Assembly: GCF_963921235.1 (NCBI RefSeq)
Contig: NC_086097.1
Coordinates: forward strand, 240,376,001 to 240,440,000
Reading direction: 5' to 3'
Length of the DNA stretch: 64,000 nucleotides
Origin: Mobula hypostoma
Lineage: Eukaryota
The stretch's first letter is position 1. The number at the start of each line of letters is the position of its first letter. Position numbers and translations under genes: made by a program. The notes below the pieces were generated by a model. The model saw nothing but the letters and a program-made list of their open reading frames with translations. It had not been told where the DNA came from and searched no databases. Below, one piece after another: positions 24,557 to 36,820 of the stretch.

Positions 24557-27500
24557 AAGCCAGAGGTTGTGGTACATATTGGTACCAATGACATAGCCAC
24601 GTGACAGTGAGTATAGGAATAGAATGAGGTGGAGGGTAAATGTGTGGCTGAGGGATTGGAGCAGGGGGCAGGGATTCAGATTTATGGATCATTGGGATCT
24701 CTACTGGGGCAGGTGTGAACTGTACAAAAAGGACGGGTTGCACTTCAATCCCAGGGAGACCAATATCCTGGTGGGGAGGTTTGCTAAGGCTATTGGGGAG
24801 AGTTTAAACTAGAATTTCTGAGGGGTGGGAACCAAACTGAAGAGACAGAGGAATAGGTGGTTGGCTCACAAACAGAGAAACCGATGGTTTGAGATGTGTC
24901 TATTTTAATGCAAGGAGTATTATGAACAAAGTGGATGATCTCAAAGCATGGATCAGTACTTGGAGCTATGATGTTGTGGCCATTACAGAGAATTGGATGG
25001 CTCAGGGACAGGAATGGTTACTTCGAGCTCCAGGCTTTAGATGTTTCTGAAAGGACAGGGAGGGAGGCAAAAGAGGTGGAGGTGTGGCACTGTTAATCAG
25101 AGGTAGTGACATAGCTGCAGAAAAGAAAGAAGTCATGGAGGGATTGTCTACGGAGTCTCTGTGGGTGGAAGTTAGGAACAGGAAAGGGTTAATAACTCAA
25201 CTGGGTGTTTTTTATAGACCACCCAATAGTAACAAGGACAGCGAGGAGCAGATAGGGAAACAGATCCTGGAAAGGTGTAATAATAACAGAGTTGTCATGG
25301 TGGAAGATTTTAATTTCCCAAATATTGATTAGCATCTCCCTGGAGCAAGGGGCTTAGATGGGGTGAAGTTAGTTAGGTGTGTTTTCGAAGATTTCTTGAC
25401 ACAATATGTAGATAAGACTACAAGAGGAGAGGCTGTATTTGATCTTGTATTAGGAAATGAACCTGGTCAGGTGTCAGATCTCTCAGTGGGAGAGCATTTT
25501 GGAGATAGTGATCACAGTTCTATCTCCTTTACCATAGCATTGGAGAGCAATAGGAACAAGCAAGTTAGGAAAGCGTTTAGTTGGAGTAAGGGGAAATATG
25601 AGGCTATCAGGCAGGAACTTGGAAGTATAAATTGGGAATAGATGTTCTCGGGAAATGTATGGAAGAAATGTGGTAAATGTTCCGGGGATATTTGCATGGA
25701 GTTCAACATAAGTATGTTCCAATGAGACAGGGAAAGGATTGTAGAGTACAGGAACAGTGCTGTACAAAGTCTGTTGTAAATCTAGTCAAGAAGAAAAGAA
25801 AAGCTTACGAAAGGTTCAAAAAACTAGGTAATGATAGAGATCTAAAAGATTATAAGGCTAGCAGGAAAGAGCTTAAGAATGAAATTAGGAGAGCCAGAGG
25901 GGGCCATGAGAAGGCGCCAAGGCATTCTACAAGTATGTGAAGAGCAAGAGGATACGATGTGAGAGAATAGGACCAAACAAATATGACAGTGGAAAAGTCT
26001 GTATGGAACTGGAGGAGATAGCTGAGGTACTTAATGAGTACTTTGCTTCAGTATTCACTACGGAAAAGGATCTTGGCGATTGTAGGGATGACTTACAGTG
26101 GACTGAAAAGCTTGAGCATGTAGATATTAAGAAAGATGATGTGCAGGTGCTTTTGGAAAGCATCAAGTTGGATAAATCACTGAGACCAAACGAGATGTAC
26201 CCCAGACAGCTGTGGGAGGCAAGAGAGCAGAATGCTGAGCCTCTGGCGATGATCTTTGTATCGGGAGCGGTTCCGGAGGATTAAAGGGTTGCGGATGTTG
26301 TTCCCTTATTCAAGAAAGGGAGTAGAGATAGCCCAGGACATTATAGACCAGTAAGTCTTATTTCAGTGGTTGGTAAGTTAATGGAAAAGATGTTGACAGG
26401 CAGGATATATGAACATTTAGAGAGGCATAATATGATTAGGAATAGTCAACGTGGCTTTGTCAAAGGCAGGTCATGCCTTATGAGCCTGATTAAATTTTTT
26501 GAGGATGTGTCTAAACACATTGATGGAGGTAGAACAAGGTATAGTATATATAGATTTCAGCAAGGCTTTTGATAAGGTACCCCATGCCAGGCTTATTGAG
26601 AAAGTAAGGAGACATGTGATCCAAGGGGATATTACTTTGTGGATCCAGAACAGGCTTGCCCACAGAAGGCAAAGAGTGGTTGTAGATGGGTCATATTCTG
26701 CATGGAGGTTGGTGACCAGTGGTGTGCCTCAGGGATCTGTTCTGAGACCCCTACTCTTCGTGATTTTTATAAATGATCTGGATGCGGAAGTGGAGGGGTG
26801 GGTCAGTAAATTTGCTAATGACACAAAGGTTAGAAACATAGAAACATAGAAAATAGGTGCAGGAGTAGGCCATTCGGCCCTTCGAGCCTGCATCACCATT
26901 CAGTATGATCATGGCTGATCATCCAACTCAGAATCCTGTACCAGCCTTCCCTCCATACCCCTTGATCCCTTTAGCCACAAGGGCCATATCTAACTTCCTC
27001 TTAAATATAGCCAATGAACTGGCCTCAACTGTTTCCTGTGGCAGAGAATTCCACAGATTCACCACTCCCTGTGTGAAGAAGTTTTTCCTCATCTCGGTCC
27101 TAAAAGACTTCCCCTTTATCCTTAAACTGTGACCCCCTTGTTCTGGACTTGCCCAACATCGGGAACAATCTTCCTGCATCTAGCCTGTCCAATCCCTTTA
27201 GGATTTTATATGTTTCAATAAGATCCCCCCTCAATCTTCTAAATTCCAATGAGTACAAGCCTAGTCGATCCAGTCTTTCATCATAAGAAAGTCCTGCCAT
27301 CCCGGGAATCAATCTGGTGAACCTTCTTTGTACTCCCTCTATGGCAAGGATGTCTTTCCTCAGATTAGGGGACCAAAGCTGCACACAATACTCCAGGTGT
27401 GTTCTCACCAAGGCCTTGTACAACTGCAGTAGTACCTCCCTGCTCCTGTACTCGAATCCTCTCGCTATAAATGCCAGCATACCGTTCGCCTTTTTCACCG

Positions 27501-28450
27501 CCTGCTGTACCTGCATGCCCACTTTCAATGACTGGTGTATAATGACACCCAGATTGAGTTGGGGGTGTTATGGATAGTGTGGAGGGCTGTCAGTGGTTTC
27601 AGCAGGACATTGATAGGATGCAAAACTGGGCTGAGAATTGGCAGATGGAATGCAACCCAGATAAGTGTGAGGTGGTTCATTTTGGTAGGTCAAGTATGAT
27701 GGCAGAATATAGTATTAATGGTAAGACTGTTTGCAGTGTGGAGGATCAGAGGGATCTGGGGTCCAAAGTCCATAGGACACTCAAAGCTGCTGTGTATGTT
27801 GACTCTGTGGTTAAGACGGCTTATGTTACGTTGGCCTTCATCAATCGTGGGATTGAGTTTAGGAGCCGAGAGGTAATGTTGCAGCCATATAGGACCCTGG
27901 TCAGACCCCACTTGGAGTATTGTACTCAGTTCCGGTTGCCTCACTACAGGAAGGATGTGGAAACCATAGAAAGGGTACAGAGGAGATTTGCAAGGATGTT
28001 GCCTGGATTGGGAAGCATGCCTTATGAAAACAGATTGAGTGAACTCGGCCTTTTCTCCTTGGAGCGACGGAGGATGAGAGGTGACCTGATAGAGATGTAT
28101 AAGGTGATGAGAGGCATTGATCGTGTGGATAGTCAGAGGCTTTTTCCCAGAGCTGAAATAGCTAGCACGAGAGAACACATTTTTAAGGTGCTTGGAAGTA
28201 GGTCCAGAGGAGATGTAAGGGGTAAATTTTTTACGCAGAGAGTGGTGAGTGTATGGAATGGGCTGCTGGCGACGGTGGTGGAGATGGATAGGATAGGGTC
28301 TTTTAAGAGACTCCTGGATAGGTACATGGAGCTTAGAAAAATAGAGGGCTATGGGTAATCCTAGGTAATTTCTAAGGTAAGGACATGTTCGGCACAGCTT
28401 TGTGGGCCAAAGGTCCTGTATTGTGCTGTAGGTTTTCTACGTTTCTATGT
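24557..28450 (+). mobile_element. Long degraded CR1 (ORF1 remnant + ORF2), inserted in a SINE-like tail
   Basis: [36 protein letters not shown], terminal ORF 27570..28358; tail ttctacgtttctatgt; ORF1 has an internal deletion near 24597. Confidence 0.92.
26831..27553 (-). mobile_element. Young CR1 3' fragment nested just after the RT catalytic motif of the older CR1
   Basis: Same subfamily as 616-4136; host sequence gacacaaaggtt|gggggtg is split. Confidence 0.93.
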
Positions 28451-29231
28451 TCACACAAAAGTTGCATTTCACTGTACGTTTCCAAGTACATGTGATAAAT
28501 GAATCTGTATCTGAATCCATTCCCTCTCTTGTAAAGTGCTCAAAGGGTATGGTTAACCTCTGAGGAGATATATCTTTGTCATCCTGTAGAAAAGAAGAGA
28601 AGGAATTTAGATTCAGATTTGTTGTTAGGCTTTGGGTTGAGCTGATTTTACCAGCACATATCTGCTCTGTCGGTAATGTCCACCAATTCCTCCCCTGCCC
28701 TGTCTCATTTACTGCCTCCAACACAGCCTCGGACTGTGTCGGTCATTGATGCAAACATCGCATTTCACTGTATGCTTCAATGTTTTGATGTACAGGTACA
28801 TGTGACAGAGCTAATCCTCTTCTTAACAGTATAATATGGATTAGTGAACAATGAGGCATGAAGAAAGCTTTGATAAGATAATGTTTTTCTCATGGTAAAT
28901 AGGCATATATTTGACATCTGTCCAACCAGTTCATTTGTTCATTATTTGTTGTGTCATATGACATGGGTGATCATAGTCTTTCCATGACATGGAGGTTGAT
29001 TCCACGTTCTTGGCAAAATTTTGTGTAGAAGTTATTTGCCATTGTCTTCTTCTGGGCATGTGAAGTCCAGCCAGAGAGGTTTCAGACTTATTGACTTGGA
29101 ACCCTGTCTATCACTGTGAAATATTTGTGTTTTAGTACTTTGGCCTACTTCATTATTTGACCTGTGTGCCAACAAGCTGCTTATAGTTTCTTGATAAATC
29201 TTCCCCTTTTTATTGTTGGTTGTGCTTCTAG

Positions 29232-29288
29232 CTCAATTGTTGTACCAGAAAATGTCAGCAGGAAACCTAGTCTGAAGCATGGTGCTGA
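29232..29288 (+). CDS. Candidate 57-nt exon (SIVVPENVSRKPSLKHGA)
   Basis: Pyrimidine-rich ...gcttctag acceptor, GA|gtaaga donor, one open frame, symmetric phase. Confidence 0.25.
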
Positions 29289-30198
29289 GTAAGATGGTCA
29301 AACTGCTTCCCCATTTGATTCATATCTGCTGATGGTTCACGGTCACCTCACAATAATAAACCATATACATAATAAAGATCCTCTTTGGTTAGGATCAGAT
29401 TTGTGCTGAACATTGCCTTTTACACTTGACTTGAATGCAAATTACCGTTTGATTGTGGTAGTGTAGATTAAAGATAGGCACACAATCCGTTGAAGGAGTC
29501 AGTGGTACAAAGGTTTGTCTGTGAAGCCCATGAGAGACTTCATAAAATGTTTCAAACTTTAATGGAAGCTTGAGTTTTTATTTTCAAGAGGACTAGCCTT
29601 TTAATTAAAACGCATTTATCCTTAAATATATACTTCTTGAAATATGTAAAATATATAGCTTGCTAAAAATATTTTCCAATCTCAACAGCACATTAATAGT
29701 AGTATTGCAGTCACTCAAGTTGAGTCTGATGTTCTTCAAAGGGGTTCTTTATTAGTGGGTCCTCTTGCAGCTTCAGTGCACCATCTGGGTGCATGTAACC
29801 AGGCGGTTTCCTTGGACGGAGAATACCTGTACATCACTTTGTTTACATGGAGAGGTTGATGCTTGGGCAGCCATCACCTTGACAGATCAGGGTCAGGGTC
29901 CATTGGCATGGAGTGCAAGATGATTGAGTGCCTTCCTCTGCCTTCTCTGCCGTTGTGATATTTCATCATCTTTTTCCAGCTCCATCACTGAGGTCTTGGC
30001 TGGATCTCTCTTTTTCTGTAGCCTCCACTTTGACCTAACCACCATGGGTGACCCCTACCAGGAGCCAAGGGTCAAATGGCAAAATTCCAGATGGCATCAC
30101 TCTTGGGATCCCAGGAGCTCACAAGCCTCTCCACAACGACAAAGTGATGACCATCGAAGAAGAGCACATTTAACAGTCGACATAGAAGCCGGTGACAT

Positions 30199-30455
30199 AG
30201 CGGGGCGTATAGCAGTGCAGTGGTTAGCAGCACACTATTAAATGAGCAACCCAGGTTTAATTCTGCTGTTGTCTGTAAGCAGTTTATTTGTTCTTCCCGT
30301 AACAATGTAGGTTTCTTCCAGGCACTGCCGGTTCCTTCCACATTCCAAAGGGGCAGATGGTTAACCCCTCACATGGATGTAATCGAGTGGGACAGGCTCA
30401 ATGAGCTGGAAGGACCACTTATTGTGCTCCATCTCAAAATAAAAAATACAATATG
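30199..30455 (+). mobile_element. tRNA-derived V-SINE (HE1-like), degraded
   Basis: A/B-box-like head plus V-domain-like gtaggtttcttccaggcactgccggttccttccacattccaaag. Confidence 0.65.
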
Positions 30456-30549
30456 GTATTCCAGAACATGAAGGGAAGGAAGTGAAAGATTCTTACTACC
30501 GCTTCATGCTCACAATACCATTTTTGTAAATTTTTTTTGGGGGGGTTGC

Positions 30550-30764
30550 TGTGTAGGGTAACAGAACTGGGAGAAATATACATAATTCACTGACATGGAG
30601 TTGGGGTTTCACTTTAGGAAGCTGGTCTGGCGTGATGACGTTTTTACGTGAAGTGTTTTAGCGCATTTTTCTGTGTAGGTTTTGGAGCTCAATAAAATGT
30701 ATTATGGGTTTTGTAAAACTTAAAACGCTTCGCTTTGTTTTATTTGCAAAAACCAAGTCTCACA
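30550..30764 (+). mobile_element. Possible short solo LTR (215 bp)
   Basis: TGTG...CACA ends, internal AATAAA, locally CpG-rich, imperfect flanks TTGC/TAGC. Confidence 0.35.
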
Positions 30765-31297
30765 TAGCCTCTGCAGAAAAAGCCTGCTTGCATTTACTCT
30801 ACCTATTTGCCTCACAGTTTTGTACAACTCTAACCTAACAAATCTCCCTTCATTCTCTGACATGGCAAAGAATGAGCTCCTAATCTATTCAACCTTTCCT
30901 TATTACTCAGGTCCTCAAGTCCCGACAACATCCCAGAAATTTTCTGTGTCCTCACTCAAACTTATTGATGTCTTTTCAGCAGATAGGTGACCAGAATTGG
31001 ACACAATACTCCAAATTAGGCCTCACCAATGTCTTATACAACTTCAGCATCACGTCCCATGGTACTTGCACTCCTCTGACCTCTAGCAAGAGCATCCATC
31101 CGAGCTCCACCTCAGTCCTCTTCTCCTTTCTATCAATGACAATGTACCCTTTCCCAAGCCCCAGTGATGCCACTTCTCCCATCTCAATGGCAAATAGTAA
31201 CAGGCATCTCAGACCCCAGTTGATACCAGTTTCCAGACCTCTTCACTGCCACCCTCCCGATTTACACCTCTGCCCTGGTTAGACCATAACTAGAGTA

Positions 31298-31937
31298 AAC
31301 ACAAAATAATCCGCAGATGCTGGGGTCAAAGCAACACTCACAACACGCTGGAGGAACTCAGCAGGTCGGGCAGCATCCGTGGAAACGATGAGTCGACGTT
31401 TTGGGCCGGAACCCTTCGTCAGGACTGTAGGGGGAAGAGGCAGAGGCCCTATAAAGAAGGTGGGGGGAGGGTGGGAAGGAGAAGGCTGATAGGTTCCCGG
31501 TGAAAAACCAGTAAGGGGAAAGACAAAGGGGTGGGGGAGGGGAGGCAGGGAGGTGACAGGCAGGAAAGGTGAAGAAAGAATAGGGGAAAACACAATGGGT
31601 AGTAGAAGGAGGCGGGACCATGAGGGAGGTGGTAGGTAGCAGGGGGAGGGGGAAGAGTGACATAGGGATAGGCGAAGGGAGGGGGAGGGAATTACCGGAA
31701 GTTGGAGAATTCTATGTTCATACCAAGGGGCTGGAGACTACCTAGACAGTATATGAGGTATTGCTCCTCCAACCTGAGTTTAGCCTCATCATGGCAGTAG
31801 AGGAGGCCATGTATGGACATATCTGAATGGGAGTGGGAAGCAGAGTTGAAGTGGGTGGCTACTGGGAGATCCTGTCTGTTCTGGCGGACGGAGCGGAGGT
31901 TCTCAACGAAGCAGTCCCCCAATCTGCATCGGGTTTC
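31298..31937 (-). mobile_element. Penelope-like element, 5'-truncated, inside a CR1
   Basis: Perfect 15-bp TSD ACCATAACTAGAGTA (31283-31297, 31938-31952); ORF 31692..31922; hammerhead at 31390-31427 with GAAA>AAAA. Confidence 0.92.
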
Positions 31938-33230
31938 ACCATAACTAGAGTATTGTGTTCAGTTCTGGTTGCCTCATTATAGGAAGGATGTGGAAGTTTT
32001 AGAGAAGGTGGAGAGGAGATTTCCCGGGATGTTACCTGGAATAGAGAGCATGTCTCATGAAGATAGGGTGAATAAGCTGGGGTTTTTCTCTTTGGAGCAA
32101 AGGAGGATGAGAGGTCACTTGACAGAGGTGTACATGATGATAAGAGGCAGGAGAAATTTTCCTGGGACAGAAATGGATACCATGAAGGACAGAATTTATG
32201 GTGATTGGAAGAAACTGTCAGAGGTAGATTTTTTTTACACAGAGTCCTAAGTGCTTAGTAGAGGCAGTTATATTAGAGACATTTAAGAGACACAGGGATG
32301 AAGGAGAAATGGAAGGCTATGAGGAGGGAAGGGGTACATTGATTTTGGAGAAGGTTAGATGGTTGGCACAACAACATGGGCCAAAGGGCCTGTACTGTGC
32401 TGTAACATTCTATGTTTAACCCCTCTCATAACCCTCTCTACTGTCTTTGAACCAATCATCACCAGAGCCCCTCCTGTGAGTTCACTGCTGCCCCTCCCTG
32501 TTACTACTCCCAGTTGCCACTTTCGGCCCCCTCTCAGTCCCTATTGCCTCTTCTCAGTCACACTCTCCCCAGTCACTTCAGGCAACAGCATCTTCAAATC
32601 CTCTTCACTGGCAAGCATGTGTCTCATAGTAGCTCCCCTACTTGTTGATAATCCGACCGATTGTTACATTAGTGTGTATTTATTTGGGCTCTCATAATGA
32701 CCTTTTGGTTTTTTACCAGCCTCAGGCATTATTGAAGGAAAGCTACCTGGCATATTCACAAATTGTTTATGAGAATCAGTTATCTTTTCTCAGAAGGGGA
32801 ACTGGTTGTGCAATTCTTAGTGTTCCAGAATTTTCTTTTTTTGAGAAGCAGGACAATTAGGATTCCTTCTATTTTTTTTCTAGTTCTTTGATTCTACATT
32901 TTTTTAAATCAGAGCCATCAGTTTATTTCTTAAAAGTATTTTCAAAATCAAAGTTTACATTTCAAAGTAAATTTATTGTCAAAAAAGTATAGATCACCAT
33001 ATACTACCCTCAGATTAATTTTCTTGCAGGCACTCACAATCGTCGAGTGGTGGGATGAAGATTGGTCTCTACTTAATGAGGTGGAAGGCAGTCCCTCCCT
33101 CCACTAGCCTGCAGGTCACCCTTGGGCAAGGTGTCACCTGCTTAGCCCCCCGATCAGGGTCACGTGAAGCCTTGAAAGCAGGTGGTGGATGGCCGTATGA
33201 GCAGCGGGTACATAGCACAAGTTCTGGTTA

Positions 33231-34194
33231 TCAAATCAAATCAAGTTTAATTATCATTCAAACCATATATAACTACAGATGAATGAGACAGCATTCCTGT
33301 GGGGCCAAAATGCAAGACATTCAAAGATAGCAAGGAAGCTTGAAAATAGAAAGTACTCAAAAGGCGAGTACATAATCCACAATAGTGAGCAAAGAAGCAT
33401 ACATGCATGCGAAATAAAAACTATATAAAGTCCAAAACTCTGAGCGACAATGTCTGGCAATTGATGGGATAGTGTCCTGGTAGTGTGCAGACACACTCAT
33501 TCCAGCCTGTCATTGCATCACTCAAACACTGGAGGGCAGCACCAACAGGAGAGGCCAGGCACCAGCCGAGTGTGGACACCACGCTGTCGTGCTACTGCAT
33601 CTCTCACCTAGTCTGCCACAGTAGGAAAGCCCAAGGCATTAAGGCCCAGTCCTCACTACATCTGCGGCTACATAGCTCCACGTCACCTGTCCAGACATCA
33701 GACAGGGGTAACAGGCCCATGGCAACTTACATTATCACTGCCCAACAGAGTCTTGCGATTGCAAATGAAATGTCCGAGACCATCTTCCACAGTTATACTG
33801 CACCAACTCTGATGCTTCCGAGTAGCGGTCAGCAATGCGGTCTGCAGCTGGGTCAGGTCCTCTGAACCCAAACCGGCTACTCTGACATCCCAGAGGGCTC
33901 CTCCGATATCCCGCCGGGTTCCTGCAATATCCTGACCAGTTCCTTCCCCTTCTCTGACCCACCAGCCTGTTTCTCCTTCTCCGACCCACCAGCCCGTTCC
34001 TACCACTACCCAGGGTTGACTACTCTGAATAATGAGCAGGTCACTGATGCAGTAGACCTGATGAGTCCATAGTCCTTGGAGCCCAGTATAGTCTCACAAT
34101 CTTAAAAAACACATTTAACAAAGAAAAGAACACCTTTGGTTGGCCCCCAAAAGGCCACTGCATCCAAATGCATCGCCATTTTACCAGAACCATC
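33231..34194 (-). mobile_element. Non-coding non-autonomous element (about 960 bp) with (TTTGA)n tail
   Basis: Present only in duplicate copy 1; 5' end ggtaaaatggcgatgc; related tail at about 59300-59392. Confidence 0.6.
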
Positions 34195-35046
34195 TTATGG
34201 GACCACTAACGCAAGACAGACAATCTCTAAAGATTATCGATAATGGCTGGGGTTGCTCATCTTGTAAAGACACCACCCAGATAAAGGCAATAGCAAACCA
34301 CTTCTGTAGTAAAACTTGCCAAGAAAAATTATAGGAAGAATGTGAATGTTTTAGAGAGTGTGGAGAGGAGATTTCCCAGGATGCTGCCTGGAATAGAGAG
34401 CATGTCTCATGAAGACAGGTTGAACAGGCTTGGGCTGTTCCCATTGGAGCAAATGAGATGAGAGGTCACTAGATAGAGGTGTACACGATGATAAGAGGCA
34501 TAGATAGAGTGCATAGTCAGAGACTTTTCCCAGGGCAGTATTTATTTTTACAGAGAGTGGTGAGCACATAGAATGTGCTGCCAGGATAATGGTAGTGGCA
34601 GATATAGTAGGGACATGTAAAAGACCCTCACATAGGTACATGAATGATGGAAACATGGAGAGCTATGAAGCATTACGTTGATCTGAGAGTAGGTTAAAAT
34701 ATCAGCATGACATCATAGGCTGAAGGGCCTGTTCTGTGCTGTAATGTTCTACCCCTCCCATGATCCTCTCTACTATCTTTGGACCAATCATCACCAGAGT
34801 CCCTTCTGTGAGTTCACTGAAGCCCCTCTCTTAACTGTTACCACTCCCAATTGCCATTTCCTTCCTCCTGTCAGTTCCCATTGCTTCTGCTCAGTCACAT
34901 TCTTGCCGGTCACTTGAGGGAGACAACAGGCAACAGCATCTTCAAATCCTCCTCACTGGCAAGCATGTGTCTCATAGTAGCTCATCTACTTGTTGATAAT
35001 CCGACCAGTTGTTACATTGGTGTGTATTTATTTGGGCTCTCGTAAT

Positions 35047-35587
35047 GTCATAGTCATAGTCATAGTCATACTTTATTGATCCCGGGGGAAATTGATTTTC
35101 GTTACAGTTGCATCATAAATAATTAAATAGTAATAAAACCATAAATAATTAAATAGTAATATGTAAATTATGCCAGGAAATAAGTCCAGGACCAGCCTAT
35201 CAGCTCAGGTTGTCTGACCCTCCAAGGGAGGAGTTGTAAAGTTTGATGGCCACAGGCAGGAATGACTTCCTATGACGCTCTGTGTTGCATCTCGGTGGAA
35301 TGAGTCTCTGGCTGAATGTACTCCTGTGCCCACCCAGTACATTATGTAGTGGATGGGAGACATTGACCAAGATGGCATGCAACTTAGACAGCATCCTCTT
35401 TTCAGACACCACCGTCAGAGAGTCCAGTTCCATCCCCACAACATCACTGGCCTTACGAATGAGTTTGTCGATTCTGTTGGTGTCTGCTACCCTCAGCCTG
35501 CTGCCCCAGCACACAACAGCAAACATGATAGCACTGGCCACCACAGACTCGTAGAACATCCTCAGCATCGTCCGACAGATGTTAAGA
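35047..35587 (-). mobile_element. Rex1/Babar LINE, 5'-truncated
   Basis: MFYESVVASAIMFAVVCWG...SHPLH...RKSFLPVAIKLYN; (CTATGA)n tail. Confidence 0.85.
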
Positions 35588-36123
35588 TGTTATCGTTTTT
35601 GACAAGCCCTTGGCACTCATTTTATAATTGAAGGAAAGTTATCTGGCATACCCACAAATTGTTTATGGGAATCTGTTATAGTTTCAAAGAAGGAAAAGTA
35701 GTTGTGCAATTCTTAGTGTTGCAGAACTTTCTTTTTTTGAGAAGAAAGACAATTAAGATTTCCTCCATTTTTTAAAATTAGAGCTAATAGTTTATTTCCT
35801 AAAAGTATCTCCAAAATCAAAGTTCAAGTATGTTTATTATCAAGGTGTGTGTATTTCAACATATGCTACCCTCAGACTAATATTCTTGCAGGCATTCACA
35901 ATGGTCAGGTGACGGAGTGGGAATACTTCTCTACCAAAGGAGTTGTAATGTTCTCCTTCCCTCCACTAGCCTGCAGGTCACTCTTGCTCAAGGTGTAGCA
36001 TCTGCTTAGCCCCCTCCCCACCCGGTCAGGGTCACGAGAAGCCACGGGAGCAGGTGGTAGATGGTTGTCTGAGCAGTTGGTGCATATCACAAGGCCTGGT
36101 TATGTGATCACTGATGCCAGGCA

Positions 36124-36820
36124 GTTTCAAGTTCCCGGGTGTCAAGATCTCTGAGGACCTAACCTGGTCCCAACATATCAATGCAGTTATAAAGAAGGCA
36201 AGACAGCAACTATATTTCATTTGGAGTTTGAAGTGATTTGGCATGTCAACAAATACATTCAAAAACTTCTATAGTTGTACCGTGGAGAGCATTCTGACAG
36301 GCTGCATCACTGTCTAGGATGGCGGGGGGGGGGGGCTACTGCACAGGACTGAAAGGCGCTGCAGAGGGTTGTAAATTTAGTCAGCTCCATCTTGGATACT
36401 AGCCTACAAAGTACCCAGGACATCTTCAAGGAGCGGTGTTTCAGAAAGGCAGCATCCATTATTAAGGACCTCCAGCACCCAGGGCATGCCCTTTTCTCAC
36501 TGTTACCATCAGATAGGAGATACAGAAGCCTGAAGGCACAGACTCAGCAATTCAGGAACAGCTTCTTCCCCTCTGCCATCTGATTCCTAAATGAACATTA
36601 AATGCATAAGCACTACTTCACTTTTTTATATATAGTATTTCTGCTTTTTTGCAAGATTTTTAATTTATTCAATATACGTATACTGTAATTACTTATTTCA
36701 GTACTGGATTTATTTATTTCTTCTTCTTCTATATTATGTGTTGCATTGAACTGCTGCTGCTAAGTTAACAAATTTCACGACACATGCCGGCCATAATAAA
36801 CCCCATTCTGATTCTGATTC
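36124..36820 (+). mobile_element. Rex1/Babar LINE, 5'-truncated
   Basis: HPGHALFSLLPSDRRYRSL...FRNSFFPSAI; AATAAA followed by (ATTCTG)n tail. Confidence 0.85.

Noticed and set aside
32720..32860. Possible terminal exon PQALLKESY...
   Set aside because: The frame and acceptor are not preserved in the duplicate copy and there is no other support.
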